A DNA stretch of 64,000 bases. It comes from Lepidodermella squamata. Taxonomy: Eukaryota > Animalia > Gastrotricha. The stretch's first letter is position 1. Every line of letters starts with the position of its first letter. This document shows, piece by piece, positions 1-12,431 of the stretch. The translations under genes and the position numbers were made by a program. The stretch is from the NCBI GenBank assembly GCA_047495785.1, contig JBLDXI010000043.1, positions 434,001 to 498,000 of the forward strand, in the 5' to 3' direction. The notes below the pieces were generated by a model, which did no database searches, was not told the origin of the DNA, and was given only the letters and a program-made list of their open reading frames with translations.

Positions 1-45
1 GATTTGCTGCGATCGCGAGGAGCAAGATGTGCACAAGCTTGCTAA
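1..45 (+). CDS. 3' end of a secreted ankyrin-EGF-ankyrin gene (copy A, rest lies upstream of the window)
   Basis: Translates DLLRSRGARCAQAC*, matching the C-termini DLLRSRGARCVKKC* (ends 11252) and DLLRLRGARCAKSC* (ends 30176). Confidence 0.85.
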   Translation, partial: DLLRSRGARCAQAC

Positions 46-212
46 AGAAACAACTGACTGTAATGACCGCCAATGTGTGTCAGACTGAAATATTTAGTGC
101 TTCTATATCAAGCTGTCATAAAAGGTGGCTTATGATCGAGGCTTTGTTTTGAAGTGAGAAATGCGGTTAATCGCAGCTCGCAGGGTCTGTTTTACTATAG
201 TAATGCAGAATG

Positions 213-394
213 CAGTATATGTTCCCTCGTTAAAGGCACCCTTTTTATAAGACCGTTTCCTTATGTTTACGATCGGAAGAGGATTAGCGCCCCACTCGGT
301 GCCAATTTTTTGCTTTTTCGTAATAAATGTACGGCACCCTTGTAAAGGGAACGGGTCTGGCTCCCGACCCAGTGCTTTTATCGAGGGAGTACTG
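213..394. mobile_element. Degenerate Tc1/mariner-pogo-like MITE
   Basis: Imperfect inverted ends: cagtatatgttccctcgttaaaggcac at 213 versus the reverse complement of gtgcttttatcgagggagtactg ending at 394, followed by TA. Confidence 0.4.
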
Positions 395-927
395 TATAAT
401 ATATCACCAAGTCACAGATTTTAGCAACACTACACTGAATTGAGGCACTAATGTTTGATTGATAGAAGATCGATACCTATTTTTTTAACCTTATTTTGAT
501 TTGTCGATTAACGTCATCGATGGTTATTTTTCCATTTTGAATCCGCACGGCGCTGTTGATTCCTTTCCGGACATCAATTCCACGCGTCAAAAGGATGAAA
601 CGGAGGTATCGTTTCTTGAATTGCCAGCGCTTCCAACGACATCGTAAGAAAGTTCAAAAACAGTTTCTCATTTTTGTTTTCCAATCATCCTTCACATTTT
701 TCTCCCCAATCCGTGTCCTTCAATCGACCAACCACGAAATTGGGGAGGTAGCCCACTGCTAAATATCCCACTCCAAACATTATCATTTTCCACGGAATTT
801 TCAAACTTTTGCCACTAGATCTGATATTCATGGAAAAAACGTTGCTCCAAAAAGCATACCGACAGAAGCATAATGTGGCAATCGGTGTTCCTGATAATAA
901 AGCATAGGTAAATGTTTAGAATTTCGT

Positions 928-1539
928 TTAAAAACACAGAAGTACCCATGTGTCGTCGGTGTTGTTTTTGAAGATGACATTGAAACACAGAATTCGCAAC
1001 GGAGTTAAAAAGCGTTCACAGATTATATATTCTGGACGAATAATGGTCAATTCGGTCGTGATTACGTTGTGAGCGCCGTGGCTAGTTATTGCTTCCACGG
1101 CCTTAGCCGTCCATTCCGCAGGAGGGTTAATACCTCGCTGACGGTACATAAAACATGCAAATTCCAGTGAGCATTGGGCAAGAAGGCGAGCAAGAACCAT
1201 CAAGTTGAGCGCTGCATAATTAATGACGACGCCATATTTGTCTTTTTCATAGATGCAGGAGATGAATGAGTTTTTCCCACAGTCATAAAGCACCCAATAT
1301 GTGATGCACGAACCGAGGAACAAGTCGTTAACACCCCAGGAAGTCGATACTCGATCCTTCCATAGAGAAGCTCTCCAAGTAAGTTTCCCATGAAAAATTG
1401 CGCTAGCTGGGAAATCTATTAATTGTTTTGACAACGACATCACTTTCCGATGCTTAAGGTCTTGGGTTGAATGTAAATATAGACGAACCCGACTTTTGCG
1501 ACTGGCACTTCGTTTTTCTCTTTTCGTATTTGTGAGCAA
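928..1539 (-). other. 203-aa ORF of unknown nature (possible exon or decayed element)
   Basis: Long open frame in AT-rich DNA, with a minus-strand GTAAGT donor near 1674. No recognisable motif. Confidence 0.2.
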
Positions 1540-3201
1540 GATAAGGCAACGCTTTCCTCTTTCGTAGGAAATGCGGTTGAAGCTTTTTTACTTTCATCGC
1601 AAGGTTCTACGGAATTTTCTTTACGTTTATGCAGGACAAAAGAAAAATTCCAGGAAACAAATTTATTTACTTACTTCCCGCCCCGGAAAGAACAAGAAGA
1701 TAAGCATTATGCACCGAGAAAATATACTTGAATATCGTTAATAGTTAATATTTCAGGTGCTATAATTAGAACAAGGGGTGGTGGGTTAGTGGGAAATTAG
1801 CCCCATGCGTAAAAAGACTGTTTATACAATATGTTGATAATCAAGAAATAACAATCATATGCCATGGATGGAACTCGGCGCGGTGAAATGCTAGGCGAGA
1901 GATCGCGATCGAGATTGAACAAATATAAAATTAATGATGGCGTTTTATATGGCGTTGGGGCTCTCAGTTCACAGGCACCTTGCGGAAGACGGCCAACAAA
2001 TTTAAACGATGTATTTTGTAAATCAAGTACGGAGAACATGAGAATAGATAAATGAATACGCGAGAAGCTTCAGGGTGTTACGGTCACAGATCTACAAAGA
2101 TAATTTTCAATCGCATTTTTTCAATAACTTCATAACCATGAGGGATTTTACAAAGCGGTTTTCACCAGTCGATAGATCCCATCTGCGGTAAACCTTCAAA
2201 TTCTGTTGGGATGGGGTTCGAGAGGAAAAATTGATGACGAAAATTCTGTCCGCGTTTAAATCTCACTTTTGAAAAATGGCATGTTGCAGGATTTCAGGTT
2301 GGATGGCATCATCAGAATCGTTTTATCAGGGAATTAGCTCAATAACGCGCCATCAACCGGGAAATTTGACTTGGCGCCCACAAAGAAGGACCAACAGCGG
2401 TCTGAAATGATTTTTTGGAAATTTTTGAATGAACTGTGTCAACGTTATACAACCTTCGTGTTTGGATAGGTGTACAATGAACAATTATTGGCCCTTGTCC
2501 TTTGCAACATTATTCCGCTTTGAATGTAAAAACGTTTTTACGTGTCCAACTAAAACGGTTCAGCAGCTGTTTCACGTAGCGATTTCTCTCGCACGCGATT
2601 CTCATTTTTTAAATTCCATTCAAGAAGGACCGCAAAAAAGCCAATAACTCTTTTTATGCTTTGCTTCTAGAAGGCTATGCAAAACGTTTCTTGGATTGAT
2701 AATCACACTGCCATTGTTCGAAATTAAAGCGATTTTCTTAGGAAATTCTCTGATAAAATAATTTATTAAAATAACTTTGACTTTTCACACGGGAAATTCT
2801 TCTAGCAATTATTTTTTTAAATTAGCTCTTGAATTCAGACGGCGGATTTTTATTATGAGTTGTTCCAACACAATTTCTCATTCACTACTTGTTATTTCCA
2901 TTCAGAGTGGATGAACGATTCGACTTTACGCGAGGTTCGACACCAACCAACTAGAAGAAAACTAGTTTAATTAGCTGATTTTGTTCATATTTTTGCATGT
3001 AAATTTAACAGCCTAATTTTGGCCTCTGAATTTGAACACCATAAATTCTCAAATACAAGCCCAGGCGGCATCTCTTTTTCGGCGCTTTACGGTAAGCTAT
3101 TAAACCTCATTTTTTCTAGTGTCGTTCTTTTACTTGGGCACTGGGCTGATTCGATCACTCTCGTCATGTTATTGCTACTTTAAAAGCAGATTTTTTGGTA
3201 G

Positions 3202-6200
3202 ATGTTAATAAGTTTGTTCGCTTCAGTTTTCTTAATAGCGGTCGGCATGGTGCGATCGGATGACGTTGTTGATTTTCGAAGTGTGCTAGATCTCATGAAA
3301 GCGACAATGCAGGCGGAACCCCTCAATAGCGAGCCACTCCTTCGTGAATCCCCGACGCCTTCCAAGTCTCTTGCTTCGCCGATAAAGCTGTGGATCGGCA
3401 ACACTTCACAGCCTGGATGGACGGACCCTGGCTTCGTTGAAATAGGTTTTATGAGTATAAAATAGGAGATTTACAAATATTCAATAATTTCATCCTTCAC
3501 AGTTTCTGAATTGCGACCAGAAATCCTGAAGTTGCAGGCCTTTATGTCTAGCGTTACGTGCATACAATTTGAAAATCCAACCTCATTAACACCTGGCGAA
3601 GCAGGGTTGGTTGTTTTCGACAATATTCCAGATGCTTATAAGTATAGCTTAACATTTTTGATTTTTTCAACTTTTTTCCATGTGTTACAGAGCTTCTTTG
3701 AAGATCGAACCAGACACGGCGGTGCTGTTAATATCAACAACGCAAGATCCGGTGATCCGAGTATTAGTAAGTTTTTCACTTGTTTTATGTCTTCAACTGT
3801 CTTCGTATGGCATGCAACCATACCTAGGTTTAAACAACTTAGATTTACCTTTAAGCTCTATAACTTTACCGTACAAAATTAAGCTTAATGCTTGTCTTTC
3901 GCTGCTAGAGAAATGGGATTATCTACCGATTTTTCTTTCGATTGGGATTCAAATCGGAAGTATTGCGATCCGACTTCCGCGATTACCTGCAAGTCGACCC
4001 CGATTTTTATAGAACTCAGTAGGTTTCAACAAACCGGAATATCAGCATCGACGTATCCGTGCTTTTCTAGAATTGAACCTCTAATGCAAGAGCAAGCTAA
4101 CCTAACCTTCGGCGTGCCATTCGACTACGACTCGGGCAATCTCATACCACTTACGGACCCTATCCTCAGAGCGAATTTGCGTCCGTACGACTTGCGCTAC
4201 CTGTCGACCATCGGCCATCACAACTACATGTCGCATTACGACATACTGAAAATGAATTATATTTACAACTGCTTCGGTAAGTACTTTTCGAGTTTGCTTA
4301 GGGCATCTGTGAATATTTGTTGTCTCCTTGAATTAGCTCGATCTTATTTTGAAATAATTTTCTGATACTGTACAATACCCAGGTTGATATCATTTGGATA
4401 TATATCAACTTGGACTTGAAAGAGCAGTTTTGACCAACTACAACCATTGGCCATTATTTTTTCAGCTGATCCGACCTGCAACACCACAAAGTGCGAGAAC
4501 GGTGGCTTCCCAGATCCTACGAAGAACTGCACCGTGTGCCAGTGCCCGTTCGGATTTGGCGGCCCGCTGTGCGAAACCTTCGCGCCTGCTGTGCCACCGG
4601 GCAGCTGTGGCGCCCCTGTTGTAGTCTCGCCTTGCAACAAAAGAATCATCCAATCTCCGGCTACTTACAGCGCTGGCAGAAGTTGTTCATGGCTCGTTTC
4701 GACCGTTCGTTCATTTTTAACATTTTCGAAAACAAGATTTACGATATCGATTTCTACATGCAAATGGCAAAATGTTGCTGTCATAAGAAAATGGAATTTC
4801 TATTTAATTGAATGATTTTAGTAAACTTTTCAAAGTTCGATTCCTATAGTGAACTGTCGATGTTACACATTCAAGTGCCGTGATGCACTATGACTTCTTC
4901 TCATATGTTAACAGGAAGCAGATAGCGGCTTGATTTTTGCCTTCGAGAAAAGGCCCAGCCTGCAATGTAACAACGGTAAGACCAATCTTGATTGGTATAC
5001 ATTCAAATAATCACTGATTGCCTATTGATTACAGTATACAAAACTTGCGACGATTTCGTCCTTATTCGCGATCTTGGCGGTGCTGAAAGCTACCCTGGAT
5101 TCAAGTAAGTTTTGTTAGGTGCTATTACTCGTAACATCAAAAATCGGTAGACAATTGATGGACATGATAAGAATTTAGAAAGATGAATTTGACCGTTATT
5201 ATCATTTCAGATTTTGCGCGTGTGGTGTCAGCAGTGGGCGAGCTTTTGTCACAGACAAGCCACAAGCTATGGTGCACATGCAGACCATTGTCGGGCAGCA
5301 ATCGCCGGATCAAGGCTTCAAACTCGTCGTCTACGCAACTTGCAAGGGTGTTAAAGCTTCGAATCTGTCCAAAGAGATCATCCTCACCTCAACCGGTTAC
5401 GACTACGAAGGCACGGCTGTGAAAACAACCGTCGCAAATGAGACCTGCAGCCCCTGGACAGAGCAAGCCGTTTACGACGAACTGGACTTCCCAGGTGGCA
5501 GTCTCAACGCATCGGTGAACGCCTGTCGTAATCCTAACTCAGGGCCTGGCCTGTCTTGCTTTGTCGGCAATTCGACTACCCTGTCAAGCTGCTCGGTTCC
5601 TGAACTCCCTCGTAAAACGTTTGCATTTGCTCCTAATGCTTAAATTGCTTTCTTTCCTAGCGGTTATAATTGAACCTCCGGCAATTCGTTTTTTCCGCTG
5701 CATCAACACTCTGACTGGCGAATTCGTTGGTTGTCGCCGGAATAAGTGCCGAGCAGGCGAAACCTCCCTTAATTGGAAAGCTAATAGGAAAACCTGCATT
5801 CGAGGCGTAAGTTTCAAGCGCAAGAATCTTAACTATTCTGAGCTTTTCAAACACCTTATTGCTGTAACTACTAACCTGAGCTTAGTCCAATTTGTAAGGC
5901 CTAAAATCGCCCAAAGTTGGGATTCTAAGTATCTCAAATAATTTATTTGCCTTTACTGATCGGTTCATCAAAACCAGGTTGCAAAGCGTTGCTATACGGC
6001 AAATCAATTCCGTTGTGTTGCCAATAGCATGAAGTGCGACAAGCCCGGTGAAACTGAGGTGAGTTGTATGAAATGAAAGCCAGAATATTCTGCTATTTTC
6101 CGACTTAGAACATAACAACTGGGCTATTCAAAACTTACCGCTTCTTCACCCGCAATTGGCTCGCTTGCCAACACGTCGAAGGCATGGTATTTCACTGTCT

Positions 6201-6428
6201 TTGAGCTCAAGTTGATTTTTTTGAACTCTGACATTTTGTAGGAGTATTTTCAGTGCTTCAAAAAAGACTTCGTCGACTGTCGCCGTTATGAATGCCGCGC
6301 TGATGAAGTGAGTAACTGCTTGCCTTCTGCCTTCATTTTCAATGTAACTTCGTATTCATTGTTTTCATCAGACATCTGCTGGTCCTTTTTGGACCCCGGA
6401 AAGTTGCTATGCGGATAACTGGGAATAG
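3202..6428 (+). CDS. Secreted catalytically dead astacin-like protein with EGF, CUB, kringle and Cys-rich C-terminus (copy A, 14 exons, about 657 aa)
   Basis: Exons 3202-3445, 3503-3641, 3691-3766, 3909-4018, 4071-4276, 4466-4704, 4915-4975, 5035-5104, 5211-5611, 5661-5806, 5978-6058, 6109-6186, 6242-6307, 6372-6428 splice GT-AG into one frame. Signal peptide MLISLFASVFLIAVG. Astacin hallmarks TCIQF, LGFxxExxRxDxxDY, FGVPFDYDS, SHYDILKMNYIYNC. EGF CENGGFPDPTKNCTVCQCPFGFGGPLC. CUB CGAP...SCSWLV...CDDFVLIRD. Kringle GYDYEG...TCSPW...NACRNPN. Confidence 0.85.
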
Positions 6429-7363
6429 CTGAGCTGCCGTTTCGGAGAAAACTGCATTAAAATACAGACTTTTGTGATTGCTATCGTATGATCTATTCCT
6501 CTGTTTTTGGCAGAGCAAATTTAATTTATGTTATATTTTGTGGCGCGTTTTGCGCTGATTTCTTAATAATTTAGAGTTTATTGCGGAATAAATCAGGACC
6601 GAATGAAACAAACCGGAATAAGAGTGAGAAAAATGCCCGGTGTGTGTTAGCGAAATCTATAGTGCAAGAGCACGAATCATTCAGAAAAGCGAACTTATAT
6701 TTTCTCGAAGCTGGGAGTCGAATCTGGGACGGAAATCTTGAAACAATTAACAAGCGAGGTCACTAACGGGATCATGTTCTCTAGCCTAGTGAATTTGAGA
6801 GAACGATTCAAAGAAGCTCTGCGCCTCTGATTGATTGATTCGATATATTCACAGAGCGATAAAGGTAGTATTCAACCCTTCTGGGTATTCAAGAGCTTAG
6901 TTAAGGTAAAGGTAGGGAGGATGTTTATTGAAAACTAAATGATTCAGATGGAATGTGGAGCGTATGCGCCAATAGAGCATGACATAAAATTATGATTCAA
7001 CAACAAAATTAATTGAAAAAAACGGAATGTGGAATAAATTACCCTTGCGTTGTTTGGTTGTCAACAAATAAAGAGTGGTATTTTTCTGTGAATTACTTGC
7101 TGTTATTTGTTTAATGGCGGATGCTACGTGTTAGCTCTCCAAGGTAATAAGCCTATGAGTTTATCGAAGTTTCGGCGGTGCAAATGTTGATGACTCAAAA
7201 ATGATACCAAATAGTTCTTCAGCTTCTGAGCGGTTGCTGTCGTCACGAGGCTTTTCTCAGACTTTTTACTAGCCGTTTAATCGTCGTTACTATCCATTGA
7301 AATCCCTATGGATTCCATTCTCGCATTATTTCTTTCATAGATAAGCTGGTGCTTAATTTCAAA

Positions 7364-7470
7364 ATGTACCTTTCAACATCAATAACATTTGCTGTTCTAG
7401 CGTTAAGTTGCGGGGGAAATACGGTAGATGTGTTGCAAAGCCGGTCATTAACATCAACAAATGGTGCCAG
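7364..7470 (+). pseudogene. Degenerate 5' fragment (signal-peptide region) of the ankyrin-EGF-ankyrin gene
   Basis: MYLSTSITFAVLALSCGGNTVDVLQSRSLTST resembles MYTSASITFALLTLCCSGNAVLGWRSSRSLAYT at 7951. Similarity ends after about 35 codons. Confidence 0.6.
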
Positions 7471-7950
7471 TATCCCTATCCTAAGAAATAGCGGCGTAAG
7501 TCAAGCACTTCTCGAAGGCCTCCAGATGACTTCAAACAGTTTTCTCACCTTTTCAATTGAAGCCTTTCACAGTTCTGCAGTTTCTAAGCTCTACTGTAGC
7601 TGCAATGTGGGAAGGTGAGAGTCTAAAAATCGCAGTCTCCTTTTTTCGCTGAGGCAACAAGTTCGTTGATAGCGTTCTTCTATGGTATGCTCATTGGATA
7701 TTCAAATTAAAACAGCCATCGGTTCAATTCCGACGGTTCAAAACTGTTTCTGAACTGTGAACTTTTGGGCGGATTCAACTTTTGCAACTGTAAAGTTGCT
7801 TTCAAATTGTTGTGAATTCGTAATACTCGTCCAACGTTGTTAGTAGTTGGCATCAATCCTGAGTGAATGCATGGATGCATCGATAGCTGATTCTTTCAAA
7901 ATCTTGTATCTATTTATTCCTTAGACAAGCTAAGACATAATTTTTTGAAA

Positions 7951-10900
7951 ATGTACACTTCAGCCTCAATAACGTTTGCTCTTCTAACGTTATGTTGCAG
8001 TGGAAATGCAGTCTTAGGATGGCGAAGCAGCCGTTCACTTGCATACACAAAGGTTTCTGGAATCGAAGCACTCTTTGAAGCAGTCACACTGGACAATGTC
8101 GCAGAAGTAGACGCGATCATCGAAGAACACTTCCAAGGCATCCATCTGGCTGAAATTCGCAACGCTTCCGGATGGACCTTGCTCCACCAAATCGCCCTAT
8201 CTGGCAGCACGAAGGCCTTCGAACACTTCCTTCCTATGCAGCCAGAATCTGAGAAGGCCGTGAGCGATAATGTGAAGGCGATAATTGAAGCCGTGGATGA
8301 TCACAGCCGTACGGCTATTTTCTACGCCACTGCAAAGACGCTTCTTATTGACTACTTTGCGAACACCTCGCGACTCGATGCAGACGGGATGCCGCTGAGC
8401 CATTTTTTGGTTAAGCAGAAAAACTACGAAGCACTTTCTAACCTTTTCAAACTTCGAAACATCGGCCTGGATGTTTTCGAAGGAAGACTTCTATCGCATT
8501 CAGCAGCTGAATGGGATTTCCCGGAATTTCTCGGATTTGAGGGCTACTTCAATGCCTCTGTCCACGACAATCATGGCCAGATTCCAGCATGCTGGGCGGC
8601 CATCAAGGGAAGCCTCAATTTCGCTCGAGAAATGGTGGAAAGATCGTATACAATAACCGATGGTCGTTGTTTGTATGGTAACAGAAGCTTGGGCTCGCCT
8701 CTTCACGCAGCTGCTTTCTATCGACATGGGGCCTATGTTAAGCTGCTACTAGCCCAGGCAGCTGATGTTATGGCCAGAAGCGAGCCGAATTCAGAAACCC
8801 CTCTGCATTCGTTGGTTGAAGGAAGCTGCGAAGAATGGAAAGATGCTGATACAGAAATCGCTGCCATGTTGTACGACGCATCGCGCATCGCATGATATCA
8901 TTGAAAGCCGTGATTCGCGAGGTCTGACGCCGTTTCTTCGTGCTGTGCCTTCATCGTGTCCGAAAACACCCCGGGCATTGTATACGAAGTTCTCAGCCGA
9001 TCATAGAGTTGTTGATAACAATTTCTATGGGCCTTTCCATCTGGCTACTGAGACACTGGCTGCCGATCTGATCACGTTGCCTTTTGTTAACGTGAACGCT
9101 AAAACAGAGAACACAGGCCTTACACCTCTACATGTTGCAGTCATACAGCGTAAAAGCGTTAAATTTATCAGATTTCTGTTGAATCACGGGGCTGAGAGAA
9201 ATGAAGTCGACAAATCGCTCAATTCAGCAGTTCATCACGCTGTTATGGAAGATAACTCCGAGGCGCTGAATTTATTTCTGAGAGATAGCAAATTCGACTT
9301 CAGACTTCGGAATTTACAAGGAATGACGCCTTATCTCCTCGCCATTGAGCTGGAGCGACCGAGCTTGGCTGAACAGATTTTCGTTACTCTTGGCCAGCTT
9401 TTGATTGGTGATTCGATGATTGACACCAACAACTCTGCGCTTCATCTAGCTGTTCAGAAGAATTGGACCAAACTGATGGATATGATGTTGAAATTCGCCC
9501 CAGACGATCTGCCGAACTCCGCTGGCGAAAATCCACTTCATACGGCTGTAAAGCTTGAAAGACTTGAAATCGTCCGATTGATTCTAGCGCAGAAGCCGGC
9601 TTGGCTATCGGGTAAAGACATTTACGGCAGAACGCCGTTGCATATTCTGGCTTTGAACTGCGGCAATCGGGAAACACAGGCTATGGCTCTCCTTCTGAGC
9701 GATCGATTCGTAAGGTTTGAGAAAGAACGAGATTTATTTGATGAAACACCGTTAGAAACGGCAATCAAGCGGAACTGTGTGAACCTGGTGAAAGTCATGC
9801 TGGAGAAGAGCTCGGATGGCGTTTGTAAGGCGTTGAACACTCGCGAAGGCTATTCGCCGCTCCGCGTTGCCAAAGTGCTGGCTCTCGATGGTATGGTGGA
9901 AGTGATGGTCGAGTCAAACAAATGCAGCATGGATCAGATGGACGCTTCTAAAAGAAAAGTCCGAGATGTCAGCGCGCTGGAAGAAGTTTCGATGCCAACT
10001 TTAAAAGAACGTAGGTTATTACTTTGGGGAAATTCGGCCTATTTAATCCCATTTTATTAGAAATGGAAAAACTGCAATCAGCGAATAATGCAGGTAGGCT
10101 TTCCTTACACTCAACGCCGTAAGTCATTACAAATAACAATTTCCCATAGCGAATAACAATTTGAACTCGGGGGATCAAATTACTACGTATGGGTTTGCAT
10201 TTTTGAATTTTATTAGAACTGGCAAAACTGCGGTCTGCTGATTCTGCAATATTAGAAGGTGAGAGTTTTTACTGCTGCTGAAATATAGCACATCTTTTTA
10301 TATCTCTCTTTAGAACTGATAAAGCTCAGATCCGCTGTTGATGCGTTAAATAAAAGACGTAAGTGACCGCCTTTCATGGTGCTAGACCTCTTAGACAAGG
10401 CTAATAATGGCATCATTTCAAGCTTTTTGCGAGCAGGGATGCATGAATGGAGGCTTCTGCTTCGCCCACAATGAATGCAAGTGTACACGTGACTGGGCCG
10501 GGTCAAACTGCGGAATACCGGTAATTATTTGAACTCGGTTTTTACCCTCATCGATACTTCTTGTTGAACTAATCGAACGTGTTGGCAAAAATATTACTAT
10601 TTTTTTAGTAGATAGGCGAGATCTTCCAAATATTCATAAATTCTGCCGAAATACAACTGATATGTAACATTTCGCCCAGATTCGACCGATTTACGAGCAA
10701 TTGTGGACTGCGTGTGGCGAAACAGCTGACTTGTCGCGAGTGAAGCGACTTGTGGCGGAGATCGACGCGGCCACTGGCGGCAACTTTGACCCCAACTGGC
10801 GCGATCCTAAGGAATACACCTCATGCCCGTGGCACGTAAAGAACGGCACGCTGCTTCATCGCTTGACGGCGTGTGGTGGACAACCTGACCAACGGCTAGC

Positions 10901-11252
10901 TATAGCCCAGCTGTTTTTGGACCGCGGCGCTGATGTAAATGCTACAGATGATCATTATAACTGCAAGGCCTTGATAATGTCAGCGTATCATGGTAACGTC
11001 GAACTTGTGCGGCTGCTGTTGGGCCGCCACGCCGATATCGAGGCCCAGGCAAACGGCGGCTGGGTGGCGTTGATGCAGGCGGCCTACTTTGGGCACATCG
11101 AAGTTGTGCTGCTGCTGCTCGATAGGGGAGCAAATACACAAACTACAAGTAACATCGGATATACAGCACTCGATTGGGCAATTAACAATAGCAAAATTGA
11201 CGTGGCCGATTTGCTGCGATCACGAGGAGCAAGATGTGTGAAAAAATGTTGA
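7951..11252 (+). pseudogene. Ankyrin-EGF-ankyrin secreted protein, copy B, frameshifted in exon 1
   Basis: Exons 7951-10010, 10061-10093, 10217-10258, 10314-10358, 10423-10520 (EGF), 10680-11252. A 7-nt tandem duplication gcatcgc (8878-8891) shifts the frame relative to intact copy C, splitting exon 1 into ORFs 7945..8895 and 8765..10060. Confidence 0.8.
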
Positions 11253-11919
11253 GAAACCAAGACAAACGACGCAGCGGGCTCCCATGTCCCATGCCGTAAA
11301 AACAGTCACGGTGGGTCAGACAACAGACAACATATCCAGTTATGTATGTATATACTTTGAATCATCCATCACCCGTGAAATGAAATTGTTTCCGTTCAAG
11401 TGAAAAGAATTGAAGTAAAGCGTGAAAGCTCACACATAAGATATGAGTGGATTTTCAGTTTAATAGATTAACCCTATTAATAGATTATTATTATTATTAT
11501 TAATAGATTTAATAGATTAATAGATTTAAAAGTTTTTCAGCTCTGAGTGAAGATTTCACTCGCACGCGATTCAAATTTTCACAAAAATTCCATTCAAAAA
11601 ATGGCCGTAGCAAAAACAGCAATAACTATTATTACACTTTCATTTGAGGTGGCTGTAAAAAATGGGTCTTCAATTGATAATCGCAGCACCGCAGTTGAAA
11701 ATTATTGCTTTTCTTGCGGACGATTCCAAATGTAAACGAATCAATTATAGCTGCCCGTCTTTTCAAAGCTAATTCATCAAGCACTTTCATTATTTATAAT
11801 AGGATCTCCTTCTGAATCATAGAGTTGATCAAGGATTTGACTCTCGCAAAGTTCATCACTATAACCTCAGCCGCTGTCGATCTATTTTTATTTTTCCTCG
11901 GTTGACGTGATCACTTTAC

Positions 11920-12389
11920 CACTTTAACTGCCGAAAATAGACTGCGAGATCCGATATTTGGGTCCAAATCCTGGGTATGTCAACAAGTCCTTTATCGGGT
12001 CAACAATGCGTCGCAGGGCAAAATGTCTGACGGCAAAGTGTAGGTCATGGTCCGGCGGGGTCTCAAGGTCTGAGCAGGGTCTTTGAGAATGACAGTGAAA
12101 TAGCGTCGAAATTTTGGATTAGAGCCAAAAGTCAGACCCAAGAATTGAACCTAATTATTAGACCCAGATAATCGAAATTTCACTGTTTTTACAAGTTGAT
12201 TTCTGTGCGATCCTTGAAGTCCTTGGCCCCAAAACTGGTGTCAAAAGAACGGCCGGACCATGGCCTACACTTTGCTGTCAGACATTTTGCCCGACGACGC
12301 ATTGTTGACCCGAAAATAGGACTTGTTGACATACCCATGATTTGGACCCAAATATCGGATCTCGCAGTCTATTTTTTGCAGTTAAAGTG
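11920..12389. mobile_element. piggyBac-like MITE with about 135-bp terminal inverted repeats
   Basis: cactttaactgccgaaaatagactgcgagatccgatatttgggtccaaatc... is mirrored at the right end. Right flank is TTAA, left flank TTAC. Confidence 0.8.
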
Positions 12390-12431
12390 TTAATCGTGTT
12401 GTTGCTTCACATGCAACATTCAATTTTTTAT

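Noticed and set aside
3892-4070. ORF-track frame MSFAAREMGLSTD... as the astacin active-site region
   Set aside because: Wrong frame. The splice-consistent frame from 3909 aligns to the astacin signature and is conserved in copy B.
6426-6470. Stop-codon readthrough after WE-TAG in the pseudo-astacin
   Set aside because: The downstream frame is not conserved between copies (copy B reaches TGA after five codons).
10061-10358. Short spaced repeats resembling a CRISPR array
   Set aside because: They are GT-AG-bounded coding micro-exons with divergent sequence in a eukaryotic gene, and no cas genes are present.
10701-11252. Stand-alone bacterial-like small ankyrin gene (horizontal transfer or contamination)
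   Set aside because: The ORF starts at TTG (GTG in copy C), is preceded by an in-phase AG acceptor and links to an EGF exon in both copies, so it is a terminal exon. An ancient foreign origin cannot be judged without a phylogeny.
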